DNA of 64,000 nucleotides from Octopus sinensis (taxonomy: Eukaryota). Location: positions 130,572,001-130,636,000 of the forward strand of contig NC_042997.1 of assembly GCF_006345805.1 (NCBI RefSeq), given 5' to 3'. The translations under genes and the position numbers were made by a program. This document shows positions 1 through 12,700 of this stretch, one piece after another (position 1 is the first letter of the stretch; each line of letters begins with the position of its first letter). Under the pieces are notes generated by a model that saw nothing but the letters and a program-made list of their open reading frames with translations, ran no database searches and was not told the origin of the DNA.

Positions 1-21
1 TTTGCCCTTGTTTATAAGTTG

Positions 22-54
<33 letters not shown>

Positions 55-894
55 GACAATGCTCATTATTTGGAAATTCTAGATTGATATCCAATTTAGC
101 TAGCCCTCAGCTGTGTTGAGAGAGTATTGAATGCCTTCAAATTCATATTACTACAAAGATAATGTCATGTCACTCATTATTCTATGGTGAGTAGAAGCTA
201 AGACTAAGACATCTCCAAGTTTAGTCAGCTTTGTCGGGTACCATAACTTAGTGGTATGACCTTCGACCGTTGGGCCTCACAGAGGCAATGACGAAAGACC
301 AAAACTGCTGGAGATACGCTGTGACTGCAAAGACCCGACAAATGAAGTGAGTTCATGGCTCACTGGATGGCCTGCTGTGCTTACCTTGGATCGTAGGGCA
401 ACCTGCTGTGCTTGAGGAGACCTATTGAGTCAGGTATATCAACATCAACATCAAAATAAAAATCAAATGGAAATTGTAGTTGTGATACCCATGCTGGTGG
501 CACATAAAAAGCACCATCCGAACATAGCCGATGCCAGTGCTGCCTTGACTGGCGTCTGTGCCAGTGGCATGTAAAAAGCACAAAGTGATCATGGCCATTG
601 CAAGCCTCCTCTGACCCCTGTTCCAGTGGCACGTGAAAAGCACCCACTACACCTACAGAGTGGTTGGTGTTAGGAAGGGCATCAAGCTGTAGAAACACTG
701 CCAGATCAGACTGGAGTCTGGTGCAGCCTCCTGGCTTCCCAGACTCCGGTCAAACCGCCCAACCCATGTTAGCATGGAAAACGGACGTTACACGATGATG
801 ATTATGAGGATGATGATGATGAGGATGATGATGATGATCTACATCATGTTAAATGTAGGATAATACAATAAGATATATTTGCTTTTGTTTCTAG

Positions 895-1125
895 GTACAT
901 GTGTTCCACTAACCAACCACAATCTCAATCAGGGTTACAAATGCATCTGTCCACAGCGCATCAATGGTTCTGTTGTAGATTTGGATGACAACTGTGCTTT
1001 ACAAAATCCATGTGATTCCTATCCATGTCAAAATAAGGGTATATGTCTAAGTTCTAAAGAGGATGGATTCAAATGCGAATGTGCTGATTATTTTAAGGGA
1101 AAATATTGTCAGAAGCTCACACCAG
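895..1125 (+). CDS. Gene 1 exon: C-terminal half EGF plus full EGF ([36 protein letters not shown])
   Basis: tttctag acceptor, gtaaga donor, phase 1-1, six-Cys EGF pattern. Confidence 0.92.
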
Positions 1126-1923
1126 GTAAGATGTGTTAAAAATAAATGTGTTACATTGAAGTATGTGTATATGCATATATGTATGTATGCGTGTGTGTGT
1201 GTGCATGTGTGTGTGTATCTGTATGTCTGTTTATTTGTTTTTCAGCCTGTCATTTTTGTATTTGGTTTGTAAGATTCTTGATGTGAACCTGTGTATTGAG
1301 TCAAAGATTTTTCTTATCTTGGTGGGAGGTGGGAGGGTCATTATGCCAATAATAAACACACGTACTGGCTCTATTTCACTTCTTTTATTATTATTAATCC
1401 ATTGGTTAACTATTTAATCAATTGTTTGATGAATATGGAGTAGGGATGGTAGGTCATTGGCAAAGTTACAAATGGCAACAAATGGACTTTGACAAACCTA
1501 ACTGAATGATTCACTAAAGAATTTATTGAACAGTTGATTAGTTAATTAATTAAATAGCAAACCAATTAACTAATAATAATAAAAGAAGTGAAATAGAACC
1601 AGTATGTGTTTATCATTGGCATAATGACCCTCCAGAAATACAACAGAATATATAAATATTCTGCTGTATTTCAGACGATTATGGTTCCTTGTTAGTGTAT
1701 TTGTTTTCATTCATGTGTGTTAATTACAGCATTAGAGCAGTTTAGTTCTTATTTCTAGCAAAGTAGGTGTTTCCTAACATCCTGGTTGCATTTAGTGACA
1801 TTTGGTGAAACATAGAAATCTGTTGTTCATATTTTTTTTTATATGTATATATGGTGCAGCCCCTCAGCTTACCAGCTCTGGTCAAACCAGCCAACTCATA
1901 CCAGTATGGCCAATGGACGTTAA

Positions 1924-1967
<44 letters not shown>

Positions 1968-4900
1968 ATATACATCTGTGTGTTCAGCATTGTTGATTTT
2001 GATGTTCTTCCTTCCATTATAGTCTTTCAATGTTCTTCCATTCTAACCCTTAGACACAGTCCAGTTTACCTTATTCTTTTACTTGTTTCAGTCATTTGAC
2101 TGTGGTCATGCTGGAGCACCGCCTTTAGTCAAACAAATCGACCCCAGGACTTATTCTTTGTAAGCCTAGTACTTATTCTATCGGTCTCTTTTGCCGAACT
2201 GCTAAGTTACGGGGGGCATAAAAACACCAGCATCGGTTGTCAAGCAATGTTGGGAGGACAAACACAGACACAGAAACATATACACATACGTACATATATG
2301 CATAAATACATATATACGACGGGCTTCTTTCAGTTTCCTTCTACCAAATTCACTCACAAGGCTTTGGTCGGCCCGAGGCTATAGTAGAAGACACTTGTCC
2401 AAGCTGCCACGCAGTGGGACTGAACCCAGAACCATGTGGTTGGTAAGCAAGCTACTTACCGTGCAGCCACTCCTACACCTATAAAAGAAAGGCAAAATCA
2501 AGCTCGGTGGAATTTGAACTCAGAACGAAAAGGCAGACGAAATACCAATAAACATTTTGCCCAGCATGCTAACGCTTTTGCCAACTCGCTGCGTCTGAAA
2601 ATACAGGAAATGGTATACATGCTGTTCTTTAGTCCATACCATTCTTGAGTAGGTTTTACTCCAGTAGGGAAAATGGGAAGTGCATTTGTGCTCCAGAGCA
2701 TTATTCTGATTTTGTACATTCTGTAAATGTTTTCTGTCAAATATTTAATGTTAGGGTCACAATAGATCTTGATTTTATTTCTAATTTAAGTTTGAAACTG
2801 GATCCGGGTCGTTTATGATGGCATCTTTTATTTTTTACTTGTTTCATCTATTGGAGTGTGGCCATGCTGGAGCACCACCTTATAAGGCTTTGTTAAACAA
2901 ATCAACACCAGGACACCAAGCCACAGGGATGCAAACAGACTAACATTGGTTATCAAGCAGTCATAGGACAAATACAAAATATACATTTGTGTGTGTGTGT
3001 ATACATATATCCATATGTATATATATGCATATGTATATTCATATATGTATGTGTATATACATGTATGCATATATATGTGTGTCCAGGTGTGCATGCTATA
3101 TGTGTATGCATATATGTATATATGTGTGTATATATATGTATATATATAGAAAAATAAATAAACGGAGTTAAACGCAGGTGTTATTCAAATCTTTTTACAT
3201 CTGACATATGTTTCGAAGGAAACATTGGTATTATTCCAGGAGGAATAAAATGGTGTAAAACAATGCAATCTTCTCATCAGGGAAAGAAAGAAACTGAATG
3301 CATCAATAAGACATTTTAACAGGATGTGATGACTGAGTACATGATAAAGGGAACTGTGGAGGCGCAATGGCCCAGTGGTTAGGGCAGCGGACTCGCGGTC
3401 GGAGGATCGCGGTTTCGATTCCCAGACCGGGCATTGTGAGTGTTTATTGAGCGAAAACACCTAAAGCTCCACGAGGCTCCGGCAGGGGGTGGTGGTGAAC
3501 CCTGCTGTACTCTTTCACCACAACTTTCTCTCGCTCTTTCTTCCTGTTTCTCTTGTACCTGTATTTCAAAGGGCCAGCCTTGTCACATTCTGTGTGTCAC
3601 GCTGAATCTTCCTGAGAACTACGTTATGGGTGCACGTGTCTGTGGAGTGCTCAGCCACTTGCACGTTAATTTCACGAGCAAGCTGTTCCGTTGATCGTAT
3701 CAGCTGGGATCCTCATCGTCGCAACCGACGGAGTGCTCCTCCTCCTCCTCCTCCAAAGGGAACGGTAGCAAATTTTTTTAAAAACCGTTAGTAGATACAA
3801 TGTCAAGGTGGTTTATAGAAAGAGAAGAAGGAGAAAGAAAGAAATTAGCAGCAAACTAATAGTGGAGAGATATAGAGTGATAGGTGAATTAGAATAAAGC
3901 TTAAAAGGATGGAAGTAGATATATTTAGCGGAAGTGAAAAGTAAGAAAACAGTCAAAGGTTGAATTTTATAGAATGGTATCGCTTATATCTCTCCGCTAT
4001 TAGTTTTCTGCTAATTGTTTTACACCATTTTATTCCTTCTGGAATAATAACAATGTTTTGTTTGAAACATATGTCGGAAGTAAAAAGATTTGAATAACAC
4101 CTGTGTTTAACTCCATCTATTTATTTCTCTATGTGATACAAAAGCATTTCACCTAAACCTGGAGTTTCTACGTTTATAAGTAGGCTGTTACATCCTTGGT
4201 ACTTGTGTGAATTTTCGCTACCCTGGTAACTATTTATTTATTTTTTCCATGTTATTTGTAAACACTGAAAAAACACACTTGCATTTATATATGTATAGAT
4301 ATATATATGTGTACACACGCACAAACACACACACACACGCACATACACACGTATAAGGGATTGCCACATAATTTGTACCAAAGTCATTCATAAGGTGAAG
4401 ATAGCATGCGTTAGCACTGAACTTGAAATCATGTGGTTGCAAACCAATTTCCTTAACCACACAGCCATGCCTGCTCCTATGCATATTTATTTCTCAAGAA
4501 CATAGATTTATATTTCGTTTTTGGATTTGGTTTGCAAGATTCTTTATATGAGTTCTTGTGTTGAAGCATATTCTGTTGTGTCTGGGGAGAGTCATTTTCT
4601 TTTTGTGCCTTATAATGTAACACACTCACCAGTAAAATTTCCACTTATTTCTTATTTTTATTTTCCTAAAATTTTTGTTGTGTCAAGACTATTGAAAAGG
4701 TTGCAAGACGCAACGAAGATTTTAGTAAAATAAAAATAAGAAATAAGTGGAAATCTTACCGGTGGGTGTGTTACATTATAAGGCACAAAAAGAAAATGAC
4801 TCTCCCCAGACACAACAGAATAGATTTATATTCTTACTTGAATTCATTAGTACGGATTAATTTGCAATTTGCCTACAAATTACAGTAGAGTTAGCTACTT

Positions 4901-5265
4901 GGAAGCATTAGTTTCCATTCTCAGAAACATAAAATATAATATTTTTCTTAATGTTTCTATTTTGCAGAATCTCTAAAATGTGATGATAATATGATATGTC
5001 ACAACTCTGGTACCTGTGTTAGACGCAATATGACTGCATATGACTGTAAATGTACTTTTAGGTACACAGGAAAATTATGTGAAACTCGTAAAAAACAAGG
5101 TAAGCACTGTCAAATACTTTGAACAAAAATTATATAGGCATAGCTGTGTGGTTCTGGGTTCAGTTCCACTGCATGATACCTTGGGTAAGTGTCCTCTGCT
5201 ATAGCCTTAGGCTGACCAAAGCTTTGTGAGTGGATTTGGTAGATGGAAACTGAAAGAAGCCTGTC

Positions 5266-5298
<33 letters not shown>

Positions 5299-5369
5299 TA
5301 TATATAAGTCTAAGATCAATATTTAAAAATCGATCTTATCAAGTATGTATATATATATATGTGTGTATG

Positions 5370-5401
<32 letters not shown>

Positions 5402-5812
5402 AAACTGTATATGTTTGTGTTTGTTCCCCCACCACCATTGCTTGACAACCGATGTTGGTGTGTTTGCGTCCCCGTAACTTAGCAGTTCAGCAAAAGAGAC
5501 TGATAGAATAAGTAGTAGGCTTACAAAGAATAAGTCCTACGGTCGATTTGTTTGAATAAAGGTGGTGATCCAGCATGGCTGCAGTCTAATGATTGAAACA
5601 AATGAAAGAATAAATGAGATCAATAAAACTATATACCTGTAATATCACCAGATTGATTCAATCAATTCAATAGGCTTTTCTATAAATTTGACTCTACGTT
5701 CAGTATTGAGACACCCTATTTATAAATATTCCAGTGTTATTCTTAAAACAGCCATAAAATAATAACATGTATTTAATACATATGCATGTACATGTGTGTG
5801 TGATGTAAGTAT

Positions 5813-5854
<42 letters not shown>

Positions 5855-5882
5855 CATATACATATACATATATATATATATA

Positions 5883-5937
<55 letters not shown>

Positions 5938-5955
5938 TATATATATATATATATC

Positions 5956-5989
<34 letters not shown>

Positions 5990-6003
5990 TAATATATATA
6001 TAT

Positions 6004-6084
<81 letters not shown>

Positions 6085-6166
6085 TATATATATATATAAT
6101 ATATATAATATATATATAATATATATATAATATATTATATATATATATATATATATACATATATAC

Positions 6167-6212
<46 letters not shown>

Positions 6213-6764
6213 TATATATTATATATATATATATAGTTAATCCAAACATGAAAACACAAAGAGAAAATACAACAATACGAGGACGTAGAACAAATATAGT
6301 ATTTTTGGACGGTCAGGAAGGAAGGGAAGAAGGAGGGTTTAACGTTTCAAGTGGAGCTCTTCGTCAGAAACATAGGAAAAGGAAAGATCCAGAGAAGGGA
6401 AGACAGAGGAAAAAAAATCGCCAACGGTACACACGCAGTCACGGTTGAGTTGCTGTGTACATGTATATATATATCTATATATACATATACATACATACAT
6501 ATATATATAGGGAGAATTCACAAAAAAACAAAAGACGAAGACAGGTGGTGTAGACAACAATCAAATGTATTAGTTTAACACTCAGGAAGTGAAAAAGTCT
6601 TTGATGTTTTGAGTCTACACTCTTCCACAGAAAGGAACACAGGAAGAAACAAAGAGACAAAATAAAGAATGTGTAGTGGCTACCGATCTATCATGGTGAA
6701 TGCCGGACAGAAGGGTCACACAGGAGAGCTAGGGAGAAGGGGAGATAATAAAGTAGTAGTGATC

Positions 6765-6798
<34 letters not shown>

Positions 6799-9700
6799 GC
6801 AGCTTTAACCTTTTCTATCCAAAAGGGTTTACATCCCACCTGTTTGCATGCTATTATTTATAGTTTCATGTGTGCTTCAAGATTTACTATCCCCAAAAAG
6901 AGAGTTGCTGGTGTTCGTGACTATGTGGTTGAGTTGCTGTGTTGGTTGAACTGTCTGTGCACATGCCCAAGTGTGTGCATCTATTCATATAAGAAACTCA
7001 GATGGAGAATTTTTGGAACGTCTCACAAATCTTAACTGTGCCACTGATCAATCAGATTTGAAGAATGAATGGATAAATGCATGTATGTATGTATGTATCT
7101 TGTATGTATGTTTGTATGTATGTATGTTTGTATGTATGTTTGTATGTATGTATGTATGTATGTATGTATGTATGTATGTATGTATGTCCTGCAGAGTGTC
7201 CGACAATCACTCTCCTCACAAAGCAAGCTTGATGGGGTTGCCATGTCAAAGGGCAGAAGAGCTCAAGAGTAGTCAACAGCCATCCAACAATATGTGTACA
7301 TGTGTATGTATGCATGTATGTATGCACATGGACGTGGAAATACCTGGGTTGGTGTCTAGGTTTGCGGTTGGCTCACTGGGAGTGGGAGGCCCTCTGTTGT
7401 TGTCACACTATCCCTCTAGGAGAGAAAACCTGCAACACTGACAATATTTGTTGATGCAGACTAGTTCTTCTTTTTGAGTTTATGTTGTCCATGTTCAGGC
7501 GCAGGAGTGGCTGTGTGGTAAGTAGCTTGCTTACGAATGACATAGTTCCAGGTTCAATTCCACTATGTGACACCTTGGGCAAATGTCTTCTGCTATAGCC
7601 TCGGGCCGACCAAAGCCTTGTGAGTGGATTTGGTAGACAGAAACTGAAACAAGCCCATTGTATATATGTATATGTATATATATGTGTGTGTCTGTGTTTG
7701 TCTCTCCAACATCACTTGACAACCGATGGTGGTGTGTTTACATCCCTGTAACTTAGCGGTTCGGCAAAAGAGACCGATACAATAAGTACTAGGCTTACAA
7801 AGAATAAGTCCTGGGGTCGATTTGCTCAACTAAAGACGGTGCTCTAGCATGGCCACAGTCAAATGACTGAAATAAGTAAAAGAGCAAAGAGCAAGGGTGT
7901 GATTGGATTGTGGAAATCACTTAAAAACAAATAAGACCTATCACAAAAGTGGCTGGTTGTAGCCTTTGTATGTGTGGGACTTTTGATCAGGCAACAACAA
8001 TACTTGAACACAAGTTTGTCACCATCATGTATGTATAGAACTGAAGGACTAGCTTCCTATATTTGCATTGATTTGTTATTGTACAATTGTACTGTGCAAT
8101 GTTTAGCATGCATCGTGCCAGTGGCACATAAAAGGCACCATTCAAGTGTGGTCGTTACCAGCGTCACCTTACTGGCACTCGAGCCCCGTGCTAGTAGGGT
8201 GCTAAGAGCACCATCCGAGTGTGATCGTTGCCAGAGCAGCTAACTGGCTTCCGTGCCGGTGAAACGTTAAAAGGCACCATTCGAGCGTGATCATTCCCAG
8301 CATCGCCTTACTGGCTCCTGTGCCAGTGGAATGTGTAAAAAGTTTCGAGCAAGGTCATTGCTAGTACCACCTGACTGGACCCCATGGTGGTGGCACATAA
8401 AAGCACCCACTACACTCTCGGAGTGGTTGGCGTTAGGAAGGGCATCCAGCTGTAGAAACTCTGCCAGATCAAGATTGGAGCCTGGTGCAGCCATCTGGTT
8501 TCACCAGTCCTCAGTCAAATCATCCAACCCATGCTAGCACGGAAAATGGACGTTAAAACGATGATAATGGTGGTGGTGATGATGATAGGTGCAGGCATGT
8601 AAAATAATTTATTATACACTAAAATTACTATTTTATGATGAAGGCTGTGAAATGGCCATAACCTTACAGATATTAAGTGGTTAAATAAATATATTCTCCT
8701 TTCATACCACCTGATTTTTTTGGTTTATGTATGCATAAATGTATATATATTATTATTTTATGTTTCAGCCTTAAGGCTAAAACCATTTATTGTAAATTTG
8801 AAGTTAATTGGGATTTTACAATTTTGACCCTTCACTAAATATTGAGTATCCCATCAGCAATTGTTACACTGTTATTCTTAAACACACTTTAAAATAGTAT
8901 CCTCAATTTAACATTTATATAAATGCTTTATATTGCAGTAAAGAAATCCTATGATGTTACTGTTGAGGTCCAATATCCTTTCTCAAACTCCAGGTCCGAA
9001 GAATTTTCAGCTGAATTTGAAAAGGAGGTAAACTTTGTGCTTTAATTTTTGTATCTGTCTTGTCTCTCTGCCTTATTTAATTTTTATACTAATTTTCTGT
9101 GCCACTCAATATTGTATATTTATTTAATGATTTATTCGTCTTTACTTTAGCAAGTGCATGCTGTCACCGTTTCATTGAGGTTTAATAATAAGAGTTATCT
9201 CCCATACTTGCTAGCTTAAAATAATAATGGTAATGAACTTATTGCATACAGTATCCATGTGCACTACAACTCATCAGAAAAAATAGCCAGAAGTGCATGA
9301 CCAGTACATTGAATAATACATGAACAGTACATAGAATAATGCACAGGCTGTTAACAGTGAATGAGTCTAGCGTCAACCAATAAGGTCTTTGTCAGCCACT
9401 CTCCAGCTATCTGTTATGGTTATAGTACATCCACAATAAGGCGGCGAGCTGGCAGAAACGTTAGCACGTCGGGCGAAATGCTTAGTGGTATTTCGTCTGA
9501 CGTTACATTCTGAGTTCAAATTCCGCCGAGGTCGACTTTACCTTTCATCCTTTCGGGGTCGATAAATAAAGTACCAGTTTCTCACTGGGGTCGATGTAAT
9601 CGACTTAATCCGTTTGTCTGTCCTTGTTTGTCCCCTCTATGTTTAGCCCCTTGTGGATAGTAAAGAAATATATAGTACATCCACACTTAGAGTTTGCATC

Positions 9701-12700
9701 ACTTGTATGGAACCCCTATCTTGCTCAGAATATCAATCTTCTGGATACTTGCCATCAGGCATCTACCATATTCTGAACGTCTTGCTTTCCTGGGCATGGA
9801 CAAATTAATGCTCTGACATCTGGCTACTGACTTGGTAAACACCCACAAGATAATCTACCATCTTTCCCACAACAATCATGGACACCCTTTTAAATTCCAT
9901 ATGTCTACAAACAACTCTCTATCTCTCTCCCCCCCCTCCATCCCTTTTTGCAATCACACAAGCTGTTTAACTGAATCACTAATAAGGGACAAAACCTGAT
10001 ATTACTCTGTCTTTATTTTCTTGGGACTGTTGCACTCCATACAAACTTGTAACAATGAGATGGGTGATGAAGTGAAAACGACTGACTGCTCTTCTCACTC
10101 ATCCAAAATAATTTATTTCTTATTGTGACTCTAATTTGTTTCCGTACATCCAATTTTCTTCACTGTACAAAAAGGTGACAATATTTCTCAAATGTTAAAG
10201 ATGTTTTGAATGCAAAATATGGAAATCAAAGTCAATTGATTGTTATATGTCATTTTACTCACTATTTTTTCAGCTAAAATCATTATACGAGAAAGTTATG
10301 AAAAATGTCCAGATAAAAGTGAATATTAAAAAGCTGAAGTATGTCATATTTTTTTATATTCTAAAAAATATATTTTGGGAGAAATATAAATATTTCTTTA
10401 TAGGTAACTCATTAATTAAATTAATAGTGACTGGCATCCGTGCTAGCGGGGTGCAAAGAGCACCATACGAGTGTGATCGTTGACAGAGGGGCTAACCGAC
10501 TTCCGTGCCAGTGGCACATAAAAGGCACCATTTGAGTGTGATCGTTACCAGCGTCGCCTTACTGGCACTTGTGCCCTGCTAGTAGGGTGCCAAGAGCACC
10601 ATCCGAGCATGATCATTGCCAGAGCGGCTTTCTGGCTTCTGTGTCGGTGGCATGTAAAAGGCACCATTCGAGTGTGATAGTTACCAGCATCGCCTTACTG
10701 GCACCTGTGCCAGTGGCATGTATAAAAAGATTTGAGTAAGGTCGTTGCCAGTACCACCAGACTGGCCCCCATGCTGGTGGCACGTGAAAAGCATCCACTA
10801 CACTCTCGGAGTGGTTGGCGTTAGGAAGGGCATCCAGCTGTAGAAACACTGCCGGCGTAACTTCGGTATAAGTACCGGAAGTACCGGATACATTTCAAGA
10901 AAGTGTTTTTTTTTTATATATATATGGGGGGTTAGGGTTAGAGGTGGGAGAAAAGGGTTTCTGTTATCTTCAGAAAAGTAAACAAAATCACTTCCGGTAC
11001 TTATACCGAAGGATCGCCACACTGCCAGATCAAGATTGGAGCCTGGTGCAGCCATCTGGTTCACCAGCCCTCAGTCAAATTCGTCCAACCCATGCTAGCA
11101 TGGAAAGCGGACATTAAACGATGATGATTATTATATTTGATTATAGAATCACATGCAAGAAACATATTTTCCCTAACAATAATTTACTCTTTACATATCA
11201 AAAGTTTATATTCTCACACCCCATACATTATGATTTTCTTTTCAGGCCTGGCTTTTCTTTTAATGATACTGTGGTTCAATTCAGAATGATTCTCATTGAA
11301 TATATAAACTCTGATGACCGTGAATCAGTTACAAGTGAATATCCAGTAAAACGAGTCATTGAAGATGCTTTGTTTCAAAACACACTCGGTGAATTTAAGG
11401 CATCTCACCGGCAGTTCCAATTTAAAGGTAATATTTGAAGATTTTTACTTTTTACAACATGGACTTTGAGCATATTTTTTGTCCAATAAATGTTTCATCA
11501 GATTATAGTGTTAGAATTGACTGTCTTCTCATTGTTCTGCATGACTCTTGTATTACTGACTTTATAGCTATTCATTTGCTTTGTGTTTCTTGCAACTTGT
11601 GTACTGAATAATAACTGTGAGTAAATCTAGTTAATATATGAATTAATAGGAAGTTAATGTCATTTAGCTTACGTTTAGACACAGGTTCAAGTCTCATCTT
11701 TGAAAAGCATAAAAGCTGATAATTATAGGAATGATGCCAAATGGTTTGGTAAATGCTGTATATGACAGTTTGGTAAATGTTGTAGACTGTAGTTTGGTAA
11801 ATCTATTTCTTTACTGCCCACAAGGAGCTACACAAGGAGGGGACAAACAAGGATAGACAAATGGATTAAGTCAATTATATTGACCCCAGTGCATAACTGG
11901 TACTTATTTAATTGACCCTGAAAGGATGAAAGGCAAAGTTGACCTCGGTGGAATTTGAACTCGGAAGGTAGTGGCAGACGAAATACCGTTAAGCATTTCA
12001 CCTGGCGTGCTAACGTTTCTGCCAGCTCGCCGCCTACGCAAAATAACTGACCTTCAGAGTTAGAGAATTCTCATAAATCGAGTATTTTAGCCCTTCACTT
12101 TATGATACTCAAATGGTTAGGCTATATTCAAATCAGGATTCCTTTGTGCTGTGGTAATGTTTTATCAAAGGAGTCTGCTTGTAGAGCTATAGAGACTCTC
12201 TTTTGTTTGTTGCTCCACGTACATTCCATGTGCATCATCTCAACTGCACATGAGTAAAAAGTGATCATTCTTTGTACTAAAACTCAGTGTAATATCAGTG
12301 TCAGTGTTCAGCTCTGTCTATCTGTCTTCAGCAGCAATAAATAATATTTATTTTTCTGGATTCGCAATAATATATATATACATATATTTCCTTCAGGGTA
12401 AACCGGTAGGCAAGGGCCATGAAACTAGTCACATTAGTTAACTTATGTGAGCCAAATTCTGTCTCGTCCCAGTGTAGAAGGGCTTCTCTATGTATTGATT
12501 TGCTTGGGAGAATCTTGTGTCATGTTCATTCAATTCAGCTGCAGCTTCAAAAAGGACCGATCCTGCGGCAAATCTTTCTGTTGGTAGTTCTCTGTGCATG
12601 CGCATGAGGGAATTTCCGGCGGCCTACCGGAAGTAATCCAACTCTTACAACACACATTGTTTTTTTCTCATTGATACCTAACTGATTCAGAAGATCATAC

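Noticed and set aside
5954-6259. YI/IY-repeat ORFs here and at 21650-22048, 55338-55628, plus poly-Arg/Lys ORFs at 42421-42759
   Set aside because: Translations of (TA)n, (AGAT)n and (GAA)n microsatellites.
8769-8830. Candidate extra gene 1 exon after tgtttcag
   Set aside because: No donor gives a phase 1-1 exon before an in-frame stop; exons 4968-5099 and 8939-9027 join directly.
10430-10800. CRISPR-like array of ~65-bp repeated units
   Set aside because: Units are contiguous diverged tandem repeats without unique spacers, part of an RTE 3' UTR, in eukaryotic DNA with no cas genes.
12419-12607. Duplicated 62-aa ORF (also 14006..14194) as a small protein gene
   Set aside because: No recognisable domain; the similarity is explained by DNA-level duplication of the segment.
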